This document shows, piece after piece, positions 10,101-21,500 of a stretch of 64,000 nucleotides of DNA. This DNA is from Spirochaetia bacterium. GTDB lineage: Bacteria; Spirochaetota; Spirochaetia; UBA9216. The stretch is taken from NCBI GenBank assembly GCA_963675665.1, contig OY776510.1:3008001-3072000 (forward strand). Direction: 5' to 3'. The position numbers and the translations under genes were made by a program. Each line of letters opens with the position of its first letter. The first letter of the stretch is position 1. The notes below the pieces were generated by a model. The model was not told where the DNA came from. It saw only the letters and a program-made list of their open reading frames with translations, and did not search any database.

Positions 10101-11024
10101 ATGCTTAAATGGGCTGCGGTGATTGCCGCAGCTTCGTTTTTTATATTGTCATGTCAGTCGGTGCCTGAAAAAGCCGGGATGGAAAGCAGCGTTCAGCTTC
10201 TTCCTTCAGGTTCGGATGTGATAATCAGGGCTGATATCAGTAAAAGCCGTGATCTTGTCGAACCGGTGATAAGCATGCTCGGCGGCAGTATTCCGGAAAA
10301 AATTGCACAGGATTTTATTGAAAGAACTGAAACTGTCTGGGCAGGGCTTGATTTTGATGCTGAACAGTCAACAGGAAGCATTGTTGCCGAGGGCGATTAT
10401 CCGGGAGGTCTGATTAATTGGGGGCTTTGCCGGGATTCGGACTGGAAAAAGCACAAGTACAGCACCGAGCCTGAGCTCGATATGAAACTTCCGTACTGGG
10501 AGCAAAAATCGGGCCGCAGTCAACTTTCGATCCCGGTTAATGAATACCTGCTGGCCTCAGGCGGCCAAATTGAAGAAATGCTCAGGCTGTGGGCAATTAA
10601 GAATAACAAACCGGCTGATCCCGAATGGATGGAAGCGGAAAGAAACTCCGACGTAACCATAATGACCAGGAACCTGACGCCTGAGGATTACGGCAGGTTT
10701 ATTCCGGAACTTACCAGGGTGCCGCTGAAATCGCTGATATTGACGCTGAACAGAATTGATAGCGACTACCTGTTTTCGGGAAGGTTTCATATGGACAGCG
10801 AGTTGAGCGCGTTTCTGTTTTCCACAATCTTCAGGGCGCTGGTAATAGCCGCCAAAGACGCGAACGGAGAGCGTATGTTTCCGGATCTTAAACAGGTAAA
10901 GATTATAATGGACGGATCGGATGTTGTGCTGAACGGGATGAAACTGCCCGCAGAGACTGTTGCGGCAACCGTGCAGAAATGGTTTGCCGCCGCCGGCATG
11001 AGCGGGATGAACGGAACAAATTAA
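10101..11024 (+). CDS. Spirochaete lipoprotein, possibly Tp0453-like
   Basis: Signal MLKWAAVIAAASFFILS-C starting 2 nt after the ileS stop; position after ileS and size recall Treponema Tp0453 (family call is inference). Confidence 0.65.
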   Translation: MLKWAAVIAAASFFILSCQSVPEKAGMESSVQLLPSGSDVIIRADISKSRDLVEPVISMLGGSIPEKIAQDFIERTETVWAGLDFDAEQSTGSIVAEGDYPGGLINWGLCRDSDWKKHKYSTEPELDMKLPYWEQKSGRSQLSIPVNEYLLASGGQIEEMLRLWAIKNNKPADPEWMEAERNSDVTIMTRNLTPEDYGRFIPELTRVPLKSLILTLNRIDSDYLFSGRFHMDSELSAFLFSTIFRALVIAAKDANGERMFPDLKQVKIIMDGSDVVLNGMKLPAETVAATVQKWFAAAGMSGMNGTN

Positions 11025-11034
11025 GGATAGAACT

Positions 11035-11649
11035 GTGATTGGTATAGTAGATTACGAAGCCGGAAACCTCAGAAGCGTTGAAACCGCAATGAGATACCTT
11101 GGAGCTGATTTTTTCATCAGTAATGATCCGGATAAACTGTTGAAAGCAGACAGGATGATTTTTCCCGGGGTAGGCGAAGCAAGAGCCTCGATGGATGTGC
11201 TTGTTAAAACGGGTCTTGACGACACGGTAAGAACATTTGCAGAATCGGGCAGGCCCCTTCTGGGAATATGCCTCGGCTGCCAGATTTTCTTTGATTTCTC
11301 GGAAGAACGCAATACCGAATGTCTGGGCATCATCCCCGGAAAGAATGCTGAATTCTCCAAGGATATGGGGTTGAAAATCCCTCATATGGGCTGGAACCAG
11401 GTAAGGCATGATAACCGGCACGCTGTTTTTTCAGGGATACCCGAAAACTCCTCTTTTTACTTTGTTCATTCATACTACCCGGCGCCTGCCGATAAGAGCT
11501 ATGAAATCGGAGCTACGGAATACGGAATTGAGTTTACATCGGCTGCCGCCGTGAAAAATGTTGTAGCAACCCAGTTTCACCCGGAAAAATCCGGAGAGGC
11601 CGGGCTAAAACTGCTGAAGAATTTTATCGACTGGAATATTAAGGAATAG
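11035..11649 (+). CDS. hisH: Imidazole glycerol phosphate synthase glutaminase subunit
   Basis: [43 protein letters not shown]. Confidence 0.97.
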   Translation: MIGIVDYEAGNLRSVETAMRYLGADFFISNDPDKLLKADRMIFPGVGEARASMDVLVKTGLDDTVRTFAESGRPLLGICLGCQIFFDFSEERNTECLGIIPGKNAEFSKDMGLKIPHMGWNQVRHDNRHAVFSGIPENSSFYFVHSYYPAPADKSYEIGATEYGIEFTSAAAVKNVVATQFHPEKSGEAGLKLLKNFIDWNIKE

Positions 11650-11660
11650 CGGGTACTGTT

Positions 11661-12428
11661 ATGCTGCAGAAACGAATAATAATATGTCTCGATGTAAGAG
11701 ACGGAAAAACCACAAAGGGTATCAAGTTCAAGGGAAACATAGATATTGGCGATCCTGTTGAAATGGCGGCGGAATACTACCGGCAGGGAGTGGACGAGCT
11801 TGTTTTTTATGACATAACAGCTTCCGCCGAGAAACGGGGAATTATGATTGATGTTGTAGAAAGGGTAGCCGAGCAGATCTTTATCCCGTTTTGTGTAGGC
11901 GGAGGCATAGCGACTGTTGCCGATATGAGAGCAGTTCTTCTTGCCGGCGCCGAGAAAATCAGTGTGAACTCACAGGCTGTGAAAAATCCCGATATTATCT
12001 CCGAAGGAGCGTCCCTCTTCGGCCGTCAGTGTATAGTTCTCGGAATGGACGCTGCAGCCGACAGCGAAATGCCGTCAGGCTACAGGGTAGTAATTAACGG
12101 CGGGCGGACCCCTACCGAACTCGACGCGCTGGAATGGGCCCTCAGGGCGGAAAAACTGGGGGCCGGCGAAATCGTTCTCAATTCGATTGATGCCGACGGC
12201 ACACAGGACGGTTACGAGCTTAACGCCACACGGATGATTTCCGGGGCTGTAGGCATTCCTGTAGTGGCTTCAGGCGGCGCAGGGACGTCGGAGCACCTGA
12301 AAGACGTTCTTACCGCCGGAAAGGCCGATGCGGCCCTTATAGCGTCTATGGTGCATTTCGGCGGATACACGGTCGGCGGAATAAAAGAATACCTCAACAG
12401 GGAAGGAGTTCCCGTCAGGATAGTCTGA
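11661..12428 (+). CDS. hisF: Imidazole glycerol phosphate synthase cyclase subunit
   Basis: [47 protein letters not shown]. Confidence 0.97.
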   Translation: MLQKRIIICLDVRDGKTTKGIKFKGNIDIGDPVEMAAEYYRQGVDELVFYDITASAEKRGIMIDVVERVAEQIFIPFCVGGGIATVADMRAVLLAGAEKISVNSQAVKNPDIISEGASLFGRQCIVLGMDAAADSEMPSGYRVVINGGRTPTELDALEWALRAEKLGAGEIVLNSIDADGTQDGYELNATRMISGAVGIPVVASGGAGTSEHLKDVLTAGKADAALIASMVHFGGYTVGGIKEYLNREGVPVRIV

Positions 12429-12523
12429 AGCCGGCTTTTTACGATAATAAACTCCAAAACCGTACGTCATTTGTAAAAATGTGATATATTATAAGTGGAA
12501 ATACAGAACCGTTTCCCTGAAAA

Positions 12524-15235
12524 ATGAATTTTAAAAATATTGTTACACTGATTATAATATCGCTTATACTCGCTTTAACCGGGTGTCCGAAGCCGCTTGA
12601 TCCGGTCATGCTCGAGCTTCTTAAGGATCTTGACGCCCCCGAAATTGTTATTATCTCGCCTGCTGATTACAGCGAATATTCTACCGTTCTGGAACTGAAA
12701 GGGACTATTAATGATCTGTCGCTGGAGAACGCTCCAGAAGGGACTTTGTTTCAGGTAGCATACCGGATTATCGGCACAACGATAAGCGGCACCATAGATG
12801 CCGATACGGCAGACGGTAGTTTTTCAACCTTGATTGACGTATCGGAACTGAACGGGGACCAGGTAATTGAAATATCGGCAGAGGACCTGAACGGGAATAC
12901 AGTTATTGTAAATGTAAATATCAGAAAACCCGCGGACGGGGGCGATATTTCAGGTTTCAGCGTGACTGCGGGAAACAAACAGGCGGTTATAAGCTGGGAC
13001 CCGGTGCCGGGGGCTGTCTCATATGATCTGAACGAGATGGCATACGGCAAGAGCACAGCGGGCGTTACAAGTCCATACATATGGAGTAATCTGGAAAACG
13101 GTGAAATATATACATTTGAATTAAAAGCAAATCTTCCTGAAGATAACGGAACCGATGCGTTCTCAAGCCAGGTATCAGTAATGCCGCTGAGCATCAGAAG
13201 TCTGTGCCCTGCGCTGTCGCCGGACGCCGACCGGAATACGATTAAACTTGAGTGGCCGAATATTCCGAATATTTCAACGTTCACAGTGGAAAGGCGCACG
13301 GCGCCGGACGGAACATGGGCGACCAGGAGGCTTTTGCCCAAAGACGCGTATGACGAAACCGGCGGGTTTATAGACGACGAAGTTGAATACGGAGAGTCTT
13401 ATTTTTACCGGGTAAAGCCCAGGGAATATCCCGACATTGTAAGCGAGGCGTGTTTCGCGGCTACCCAGAGATTCGGCGATTACAACGTTGAAGGTATGCT
13501 TGACTTCAACGATGCTGCCAATGATGTACTAATCTCAGGCGATTATGCCTATGTCGGCGTTAATAATGTGGGATTGGTTGTTATAAATATTTCCAGACCG
13601 GAAGCGCCCGAGATTGTAGGCGGCGTTGATGTATCAGGCCCTGTAATGGATTTGGCGATCATGGGAAACAACCTTTTTGCGGCCTGTTTTACAAGCGGTC
13701 TGGCCATTATCGATATTACCAGTCCCGAAGACCCGGGAGAACCGGTATATGTTGCAACGGAGGGCCTTGCAAGCGGGGTAGCAGCTTACAGCAACAGGGT
13801 ATACGTGGCCAACGGCAACAGCGGTCTTGCAGTAGTATATCTCAACAGTCTGCCGCCGCAGGGGGTTTTCCCATATCCAATCAATACCGGCGGATCTGCA
13901 GGGGGGGTAGCGATTAAGGACAGTTATGCTTATGTAGCGTGCGGCAGCGGAGGCCTTGCAGTAATCAATCTGAACACTAATTCCAAAATAACGGCGGCGA
14001 CAACTACCGACGACGCGCAGAATGTTTCGGTTTCGGGCAATTACGCCTATGTTGCATTGGGCGACAGCGGCGTTGATATTATTAATATTGAAACTCCGGC
14101 AAGCCCGGGCTCGGCCGTAAATGTAGTAACATCGGATTATGTTCCGGACGCTGCAGCCGACGGAAAATATCTTTATGCTGCTTCATATGAAAGCGGGCTG
14201 GCGGTAATTGACATATCTGATCCTGAAACGCCGGGGACCCCGGTTTATGTTGATACAATGGGGACCGCGAACGGAGTGGCTGTCGACGGCGGCTATGCAT
14301 ATGTAACCGACGGCTATGAAGGGTTCCGGATAATCGATGTTGCTTACCCCTTTGATACAGGCTCCAATGCTTCCGTAAGTACGGGCGGCGAAATAACTTA
14401 TGTTGAAATTGTTTCCGATGAATACCTTTATGCGGCGGATTACAATAACGGCCTGGCCATTATTGATATATCAGTTCCGCTGGAGCCTGATTTCGTAAAG
14501 TTTTTCGACATTTCCGCTACGCCGTTTTCAATCGCAGCTGCCGGAGAGCATGCGTATATTGCCCATGCCGACGGTATCGACATTCTTGATATAACGGAGC
14601 CTGCATCCCCGAACCTGGTGTCGACTGTCAGCGTCGGCGAAACAGTTTACGATACGGCCGTCTCCGGGTGTTATGCCTATGCCGCGGCAGGCTCCAAAGG
14701 ACTTGCCATTATCGATATTTCTAATCCTTCAGCTCCGGGAAGTCCTGAATATGTCGACACTGAATTTTTTGCAAACGGCGTATGCGTCTCGGACGGTTAC
14801 GCCTATGTATCGGACTGGACAAAAGGCCTGGCGGTCATAGATGTATCCGACCCGGAAAATCCGTGTAGTCCCGTATACGAATATACTACCCAATACGTCA
14901 ATGATGTAGAAATTTTGGATAACTGGGCCATTCTGTCATCGGAATACAAATATATTATATGTATTGATATATCCACCCCCGAGAATCCCGGAAGCGAAGC
15001 GCTATACCCTTTAAACGGTGAAGCGGAAAATATTTTTATTTCAGGTAATTATCATTATATAGCGGACGGAAACGCCGGGACAGCAATCATTAATACAAAG
15101 GACGCATCACCAATAGATAATGCGGTATATATTGCAACCCTGGATTATGTGCACTGTGTCAAGGTTTCAGGCCGGTACGCATATATTGCCGAAGGTTCTT
15201 CAGGACTTAAAGTTGTTGATCTGCTTGGGGAATAA
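12524..15235 (+). CDS. Surface lipoprotein with Ig/FN3 domains and tandem LVIVD-type beta-propeller repeats
   Basis: Signal ending LALTG-C; FN3-like VTAGNKQAVISWDPVPGAVSY; about a dozen ~42-aa repeats of YAYVA..GLA(V/I)IDIS.P..P. Confidence 0.88.
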   Translation: MNFKNIVTLIIISLILALTGCPKPLDPVMLELLKDLDAPEIVIISPADYSEYSTVLELKGTINDLSLENAPEGTLFQVAYRIIGTTISGTIDADTADGSFSTLIDVSELNGDQVIEISAEDLNGNTVIVNVNIRKPADGGDISGFSVTAGNKQAVISWDPVPGAVSYDLNEMAYGKSTAGVTSPYIWSNLENGEIYTFELKANLPEDNGTDAFSSQVSVMPLSIRSLCPALSPDADRNTIKLEWPNIPNISTFTVERRTAPDGTWATRRLLPKDAYDETGGFIDDEVEYGESYFYRVKPREYPDIVSEACFAATQRFGDYNVEGMLDFNDAANDVLISGDYAYVGVNNVGLVVINISRPEAPEIVGGVDVSGPVMDLAIMGNNLFAACFTSGLAIIDITSPEDPGEPVYVATEGLASGVAAYSNRVYVANGNSGLAVVYLNSLPPQGVFPYPINTGGSAGGVAIKDSYAYVACGSGGLAVINLNTNSKITAATTTDDAQNVSVSGNYAYVALGDSGVDIINIETPASPGSAVNVVTSDYVPDAAADGKYLYAASYESGLAVIDISDPETPGTPVYVDTMGTANGVAVDGGYAYVTDGYEGFRIIDVAYPFDTGSNASVSTGGEITYVEIVSDEYLYAADYNNGLAIIDISVPLEPDFVKFFDISATPFSIAAAGEHAYIAHADGIDILDITEPASPNLVSTVSVGETVYDTAVSGCYAYAAAGSKGLAIIDISNPSAPGSPEYVDTEFFANGVCVSDGYAYVSDWTKGLAVIDVSDPENPCSPVYEYTTQYVNDVEILDNWAILSSEYKYIICIDISTPENPGSEALYPLNGEAENIFISGNYHYIADGNAGTAIINTKDASPIDNAVYIATLDYVHCVKVSGRYAYIAEGSSGLKVVDLLGE

Positions 15236-15253
15236 AGATAAAAAGCCTGACGC

Positions 15254-15282
15254 TTGACGATTAATACGCATATCATTATATT
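15254..15282 (+). promoter_or_regulatory. Putative sigma70 promoter of the FmdB-family gene
   Basis: TTGACG-N17-TATATT; GGAG RBS before ATG 15326. Confidence 0.55.
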
Positions 15283-15325
15283 AACCTCATAGAATTTACC
15301 ATAATTCCAGCTGGAGAAACGATAT

Positions 15326-15661
15326 ATGCCTACTTATGAATACGAATGCGTTGAATGCGGACACCGGTTTGAGGCCTTTCAGAGCATGTCAGACGATCCT
15401 TTAACCGAATGCGAACACTGCAAGGGCCCGGTTAAACGGCTGATTTTCGGCGGTACCGGGGTCATTTTCAAAGGCAGCGGCTTTTATGTAACCGACAGCA
15501 GCAAGGCAGGAAAGCAGAGCACCCAGGCATCAAAAGCCGATTCCGGAGACTCCGGGAAAGATTCGAAGCCGGAAAAGGCGTCAGCTGAATCTTCGACTTC
15601 GGAAAAATCAACGTCTGAAAAGAAAACGGACGCAAAAAAAGAACCGGCGGCAACAAAATAG
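15326..15661 (+). CDS. FmdB-family zinc-ribbon protein
   Basis: MPTYEYECVECGHRFE..CEHC..FKGSGFYVTD plus low-complexity S/K tail. Confidence 0.93.
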   Translation: MPTYEYECVECGHRFEAFQSMSDDPLTECEHCKGPVKRLIFGGTGVIFKGSGFYVTDSSKAGKQSTQASKADSGDSGKDSKPEKASAESSTSEKSTSEKKTDAKKEPAATK

Positions 15662-15683
15662 AAGGCTGAATAAAGAACATCAA

Positions 15684-18587
15684 TCAGGAAAACCCCGTAT
15701 CTGAATAATAATGCTGTTTCAGTATTGTTTTCCGGGAAATAAATACGGGAAACAGAAAAATACTCACAAAAAAAGATGCCGAAAGTCCCGATATAAGAAT
15801 TATTGCCAGATTTCTGAAAAAGGGATCTGCGGTAAAAAGCATGGGCACAAGGCCCCCGATGCTTGTAATTGTCGTCAGAAAAAGGCCGTTAAAACGCTGT
15901 TTCACAGCCTGAAAACTGCCGTTCCCAAGATTGTCCATGATCAGGATGCCGTTATTGATCCCCATGCCGGAAACCAGAATAAGCCCCAGAATTGTCTCTG
16001 TTCCGAGTTCAAGGCCCGCCATCCTGATGATGACAAGCGGAATTGAAAGGATGAACGGAAGCTGAAGAAGTATCACCCCGGCCTGTTTAAGCGATTCGCG
16101 TTCTATGCTGAGCATAAAAAAGATAAGAATAATTGCCAGGATAAATCTCAGCCACATCCTTCGAAATAACTCCTGTCTTTCGATAAGTTTTGACGATGGA
16201 ATAAAACTGTAGCCGGAGGGAAGTTCAATCCTGTCAAGTTCTTCCCATATCATGGCGTTTAGTTTTACGGGATCCATTTTACGGCACGTCACAGTAAAAC
16301 TTTCAGAATGCTGACGGTTCAGCCTGTTGATACGGGAGGTGTCGGTTGTCTCTGTAAATGTACCCAGTTGATCAAGCCTTGAGAATGAGTCCGGATCTGC
16401 CCCGGATATCTTGAGTGAACCGAGCTGAGAGGCGGTCAGTTTTTCATAGTCGGCAGCCATCACTCTCAGGTCTCTTTCCTTCCCCGAAAAATACCATTTG
16501 TCCGCGACCGGGCCCTGAAGGTTCCACCGCAGAAAAGATGCCGCGGTTGAAGCGGATAATCCGGCTGCCGCAAGGGTTTCGCTGTTCGGGATGAAATGAA
16601 AGGCCGGGGGAGCATCCTTGAAATGAAGCACGCCTTCAAGGACCCAGTTGTTTGCGAGTAAACCCTTAAGCGCTTTCCGCGAGATCTCTTTCAGTTTGTC
16701 CGTCCCGGCCCCCGTTACCGATATCGTAAGTTTCAGCCTGTCGCTCCGATCGCCGTCAGGTATATAGATAAATCCGCCGGGGATGGTATTCCCGAGAGCT
16801 TTAAGACGGGTGAGCATTGCGTTTCTGTCCGTTTTTTTTTCATTGAAGCGGACCGTGAGGTTACCGCCGCCCCGGCGCGAGGTTGACTGGACCGATATAA
16901 CCGGCTCTTCCGACTCTATATCACCGCACAAACTTCTTATTTTTGAATCGGAAGATTGCATACTCTCTCCCTCTTCAAGCTCTACCCCGGCGAAGATAAC
17001 AGGCGAATCGGCGGGAGTGTCGAGCTGTATCGGAAGGGCTGCAAGACATATAATCCCTGCAAGCGGAAGGATTGTGGACGCAGAAATGAATATCCTGCGT
17101 TTATAAATGCTGCCGGATACGGAAGCAATTCGTTCGGAAAAAGAAAGAAGCCTGCGGCGGAGCTTCGCAAGAAAGAAAATAAAGCGTCCGGAAGGCCGGG
17201 CCGTCGTTATTCTGTAAAACGGGGGGATAAAGATAAGCGAAACAACAAGCGAAACGGAAAGCATTACAGCAAGGGCTGCAAGCAGCTGCCTGAGTCCGGG
17301 AATCTCGCTGGTAAGAGAAATGACCGGCAGCATGGCCGCAAGCGTACTCATAGTCGACGAAACAAGGGGTTTTATTATCTCCCTTATAGTTCCCTCTGTC
17401 CGCTCAAGGGCATCGGTTGTAAGCAAAGCTGAATCGAGAATCATCCCGATTCCTACCGTAAGCCCCGCAAGAAGCCAGCGATCGGGCGAGAGACCGGCAA
17501 CTGCGAGCAGTCCCAGCGAAAGAAGAAGTATAACCGGCTGGGTGAAAAACAGCGTTATTACCCTGTAGTTACGCACCCTGAACAACAGCAGCATTGCGCT
17601 TGAAACAAGCATGCCGATAGCCAGGGCCGCGGCAATTTTTTTAAAGGAGTTCTCAAGCTCGGCGCCCCTGTCGTATACTATTTTAGCTTCATATCCCCTA
17701 TTTTCCCATCCGGCAGTTTCGTTTCTGAGGTGTCTTGAAATGCTGATAAGGTTGTTTGACGAGCTTTTGATATGAAGACTTACCCGTTCCCTGCTGTTAA
17801 GTCTGCTGATGTTTTCGGGCTCGCGGAAAGAAAATCCGACTTTGGCGATATCGTTGAGTTTTACCGCCTGACCGACAGGCAGCGCGCGCAGTTCGTTAAG
17901 CGATTTAATCCTCGCTTCAACCGACAGGGGGAAACGGTTTTTGCCGTTATCTATTTCTCCGGCGGTGCGGTATATATTTGAATTGCGAACAAGCGAAGCA
18001 ATGGAATCCGGGCTGTACCCGAAAGCTGCAGCCCTGTCTGTGTCGACGTTAACGTGTATCTCCGGCAGGGCCCCTCCCGAGATTTCTATCTCTCCCAGGC
18101 CCTCAATTCTTGAATATGAGGGTTTGATTTCGTTTTCAACAAGGGGCCTCAGTTCCTCAGTACTCAGGCTGTTGGAAAATGCAACAATGAAGATTGCCTG
18201 CTGATCGCTGCCCGAGTTGAATACCTGGGGTTTCTGGACAGCCGGATTATGCTGCGATATCCAGGCATAGCTTCGATCTATTCTCTCACGGGCCTCGATT
18301 AGAAACTGATCAATATCGGTTGATGAAGCCAGACGCAGATCAAGCCTTGAAAGCGAGAACTCGCTGCCTGATTTTAATTCCTCAATGCCGGCAAGTCCGG
18401 ATACTGCTTCTTCCATGGGAATGGTGATGCTTTTTTCAATCTCCTCTGCAGTTACGCCGTAAAATCTGGTGATTATTGAAAGACGTGCTGAATCGATATT
18501 CATTCCGCCCGGATCGGTATCGGAGAGAAACCATGCGGCGGCAAGGAGCAGGGCCGCCAGCAGCATTGAAGCGGCGGTTTTTGTCAT
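15684..18587 (-). CDS. Divergent RND (AcrB-like) permease, subunit 2
   Basis: AEEIEKSITIPMEEAV, INRLNRQ, two TM bundles; TM4 GMILDSALL, TM10 GMGINNGIL, TM11 QRFNGLFLTT (degenerate RxRPI). Confidence 0.85.
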   Translation of the reverse strand: MTKTAASMLLAALLLAAAWFLSDTDPGGMNIDSARLSIITRFYGVTAEEIEKSITIPMEEAVSGLAGIEELKSGSEFSLSRLDLRLASSTDIDQFLIEARERIDRSYAWISQHNPAVQKPQVFNSGSDQQAIFIVAFSNSLSTEELRPLVENEIKPSYSRIEGLGEIEISGGALPEIHVNVDTDRAAAFGYSPDSIASLVRNSNIYRTAGEIDNGKNRFPLSVEARIKSLNELRALPVGQAVKLNDIAKVGFSFREPENISRLNSRERVSLHIKSSSNNLISISRHLRNETAGWENRGYEAKIVYDRGAELENSFKKIAAALAIGMLVSSAMLLLFRVRNYRVITLFFTQPVILLLSLGLLAVAGLSPDRWLLAGLTVGIGMILDSALLTTDALERTEGTIREIIKPLVSSTMSTLAAMLPVISLTSEIPGLRQLLAALAVMLSVSLVVSLIFIPPFYRITTARPSGRFIFFLAKLRRRLLSFSERIASVSGSIYKRRIFISASTILPLAGIICLAALPIQLDTPADSPVIFAGVELEEGESMQSSDSKIRSLCGDIESEEPVISVQSTSRRGGGNLTVRFNEKKTDRNAMLTRLKALGNTIPGGFIYIPDGDRSDRLKLTISVTGAGTDKLKEISRKALKGLLANNWVLEGVLHFKDAPPAFHFIPNSETLAAAGLSASTAASFLRWNLQGPVADKWYFSGKERDLRVMAADYEKLTASQLGSLKISGADPDSFSRLDQLGTFTETTDTSRINRLNRQHSESFTVTCRKMDPVKLNAMIWEELDRIELPSGYSFIPSSKLIERQELFRRMWLRFILAIILIFFMLSIERESLKQAGVILLQLPFILSIPLVIIRMAGLELGTETILGLILVSGMGINNGILIMDNLGNGSFQAVKQRFNGLFLTTITSIGGLVPMLFTADPFFRNLAIILISGLSASFFVSIFLFPVFISRKTILKQHYYSDTGFS

Positions 18588-21500
18588 CCGGGACGGCCCT
18601 TAAGCCTTGTTTTTATTATATTTGGCAGAACAAGAAGAGACATCAGCGTTGATACAACGAGCCCGCCTATTATTGAGACCGCAAGAGAAGCCTGGCTTGA
18701 CGTTCCGAAAGGATCGATTGCCAAAGGGATCAGGGCCGTTATTGTGGTCAGGCTTGTCATCAGGATGGGCCTGAGCCGCGAGATTGTTCCGCGGTAGATG
18801 GCCCCGAGCGGCAGGGCCCCGCTTTGTTTCATCAAGCGGGATGCTTCCTCAAAAAGAAGAATCCCGTTGTTGACCGAAATGCCCATTACAACAAGGATTC
18901 CGAGGCTTGAATTGAGGTTGAGCGAATGTCCGGTCAGAAACAGTATTGCAATGATCCCTGAAGCGCCGGCCGGAATGCTGAGCATAAGAAGAAGCGGCAG
19001 GAAGAAAGATTCAAACTGGATTCCGAGACACAGGTAGAGCAGTATTACAGCCAGAATAAGCGTGCGGATTATCTGTGGAAGCTGGGACATCAAAACCGGG
19101 ACGTCCCGGGGTTCCGCTCCGCGGCTTTTAAGCAGACTGGTTATGTTCCTGCCTGTGTCGGAAGGGGTCCTTATTACAGCGAGATCCTTTCTCCCTTCCC
19201 GCAGCAGGTATGGAAGGGCCTGTTCATCCTGAATCCTGACAATCGAACTCAGGCGGACCGGAGCAGAACCCTGTCCGGGCATGTTCAACTGAAGAATGTC
19301 TCCGCGTTCGGAACGTTCGGATTCCATGATACGGAGTCGTACATCCGTCTCCTCTCCGTTTATCAGAATATTTGTCGGTATCTCTCCGTAGACGGCCTGC
19401 CCGATATGCTCGCTGAGATCGGAAAGACCTATGCCGTATGATGAAAGGGCCTTCCGGTCAGGGTAGACGAGTATCCGGGTCTTTCTATCCTCAGGCACCA
19501 GACGGACATCGGCAAGACCCCGGACTGCTTCCTCGGCGCTGCGCCTGACAATCCCGGGTTTGTCGCCGCTGATTACCCAGTCGGAATTCACGTTGATTCC
19601 TAAAAGATTTGCAAGGATATTTTCGGGGGGGCCTGTATTAAGAGTCCCGGTTTCCGGTGCTGTCAAGGAAGAAAGGCGCTTCTTTATAAAGGCTGTATCC
19701 GCATTTTTCCGGTGATTGATTTCAAGCTGGATTATCCCGGATGATTCATCGGTTGAGGCAAGATAGTATGGGTCGGAGCTTTCTCCTCCGGCCCAGGCAT
19801 TTACATGTTCTACTCCCGAAATTGTTGATATTTCGCCTGCAAGCTCTTCGGCAGTAAGCCTGACTGATTTAATGCTTGTTCCAGGCGGAAGCTTCAGACT
19901 GCCGCGGATTATCCCCTCGTTTATCGGGGTAATCACCTCGAGCGGAAGCTCCGGAAAGGGAATGACGGCCGCTGCACAGCAGAGCAGCGCAATAAGGCCG
20001 GCTATTGCCGGATGTTTCATCCCAGTTTTTACCAGCCTGATTATCGGTCTTGGGTTCCCCCGGTTTTTTATATCATTGATATCTTTGGGATTCAGGACAA
20101 GATAAAGAACGGGAATAAATGAAAGCGCCAGAAGAAGCGAGGATATCAGCGCGAAAATGACGCTCAGCCCCAGATCGGCGAATAACGAACCGGTTAATCC
20201 CCTGATAAACAAAAGGGGTAAAAACACTATAACGGTCGTAAGGGTAGAGCCTGCAAGCGAAGGGGCAAGTTCCCTCAGCGCCTGTGAAACAAGCGCTATC
20301 CGGGCTTCGGGCTCCTGAGAAGAAAGCCCGAGTCTGCTCATACGCTCGGTTACCACTATTGAATTGTCAACTACCATTCCGACTCCGAGGGCAAGACCTC
20401 CCAGACTCATCAGGTTAAGGCTTTTTCCGGTAAGAAAAAGCATGAGAACCGACAACAGCAGCGAGGAGGGCAGTGAAATCAGAAGAAGCAGGGCCCTCGG
20501 AAGATTGCGCATAAACAGCAGTATGATGACAAAGGCAAAGACTGCCCCCGATAACAGCGAAAAAGCGAGATCGTGCATTGACTGTTTAAGAGAAAGCGAA
20601 CGATCGGAGATAATATAAATATCAAGATCGCGTCCGAAGCTGCGGCTGATCTCCTCCAGTTCTCTGCGTATGTTTTCTGCCATTGCAGCGGGCGAGAATC
20701 CGGCAGTCCGTCTAATTTGCAGTCTCACGCCTTCTCTTATACCTGATCCGGAAGCCGAGAAAAAGACGGACGATTGTTCTTTTTGCCCCATTTCTATAGA
20801 CGCAACGTCTCTCAGCCGGATTGTCGCGGATGAAGAATCTCCATTCTGTTTCGGCAGAAAGATCCCGCCGAGTTCCATCAGACTTTGGGCCCTTGAACGG
20901 GTCTTGACCAGGTATTCGGTATTTCCTTCGGTTATTGTTCCGGCGGGATAGTCTATGTTTGCGCCTTCGAGTGCAGAGGCAAGCGCCGGAAGTGTATAGC
21001 CGAGGCCTGCAAGGCGCTTCGGATCAACCTCAACTTTAACCTCGTCTGTAAGGCCGCCGGAAAGCTGAATGGAACCGACCCCTTCAATCCTCTGAAGGCG
21101 CGAGCGAAGCTCCCGATCGGCAATTCTGCGGGCAAGCGAGAGCGAGCCGTTTTTCGGAAAGATTCCGAGGGTTATAATGGGCTGGTCTCCGGGATCAACA
21201 GCAAGGACGCGGGGCTTTGATGCGTCCGAGGGAAGATTGTGCCATGCCAGATCGATTACGCCCCGGGTTTCCAGCCCGGCTTCAGTACGATCGGTTCCCC
21301 ACGGAAATTCAAGTTCTATGAGCGATAGCCCGTCGCGCGAGATGCTTTTTATTCTTCTTAGTCCTCCGAGAGAGGACAGGGAATCTTCAAGAGGAATCGT
21401 AATAAGCCTGCGAATTTCATCGGCAGGAAGCCCCTGATAAGTTGAGATGACCGTCAGCCTGGGGACGGAAAAGTCCGGAAGAAAATCGGTGCGTATATTG

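Noticed and set aside
11035-12428. hisH/hisF as LPS-locus paralogs or a novel pathway
   Set aside because: Canonical motifs and no sugar-modification genes nearby; split his operons are common
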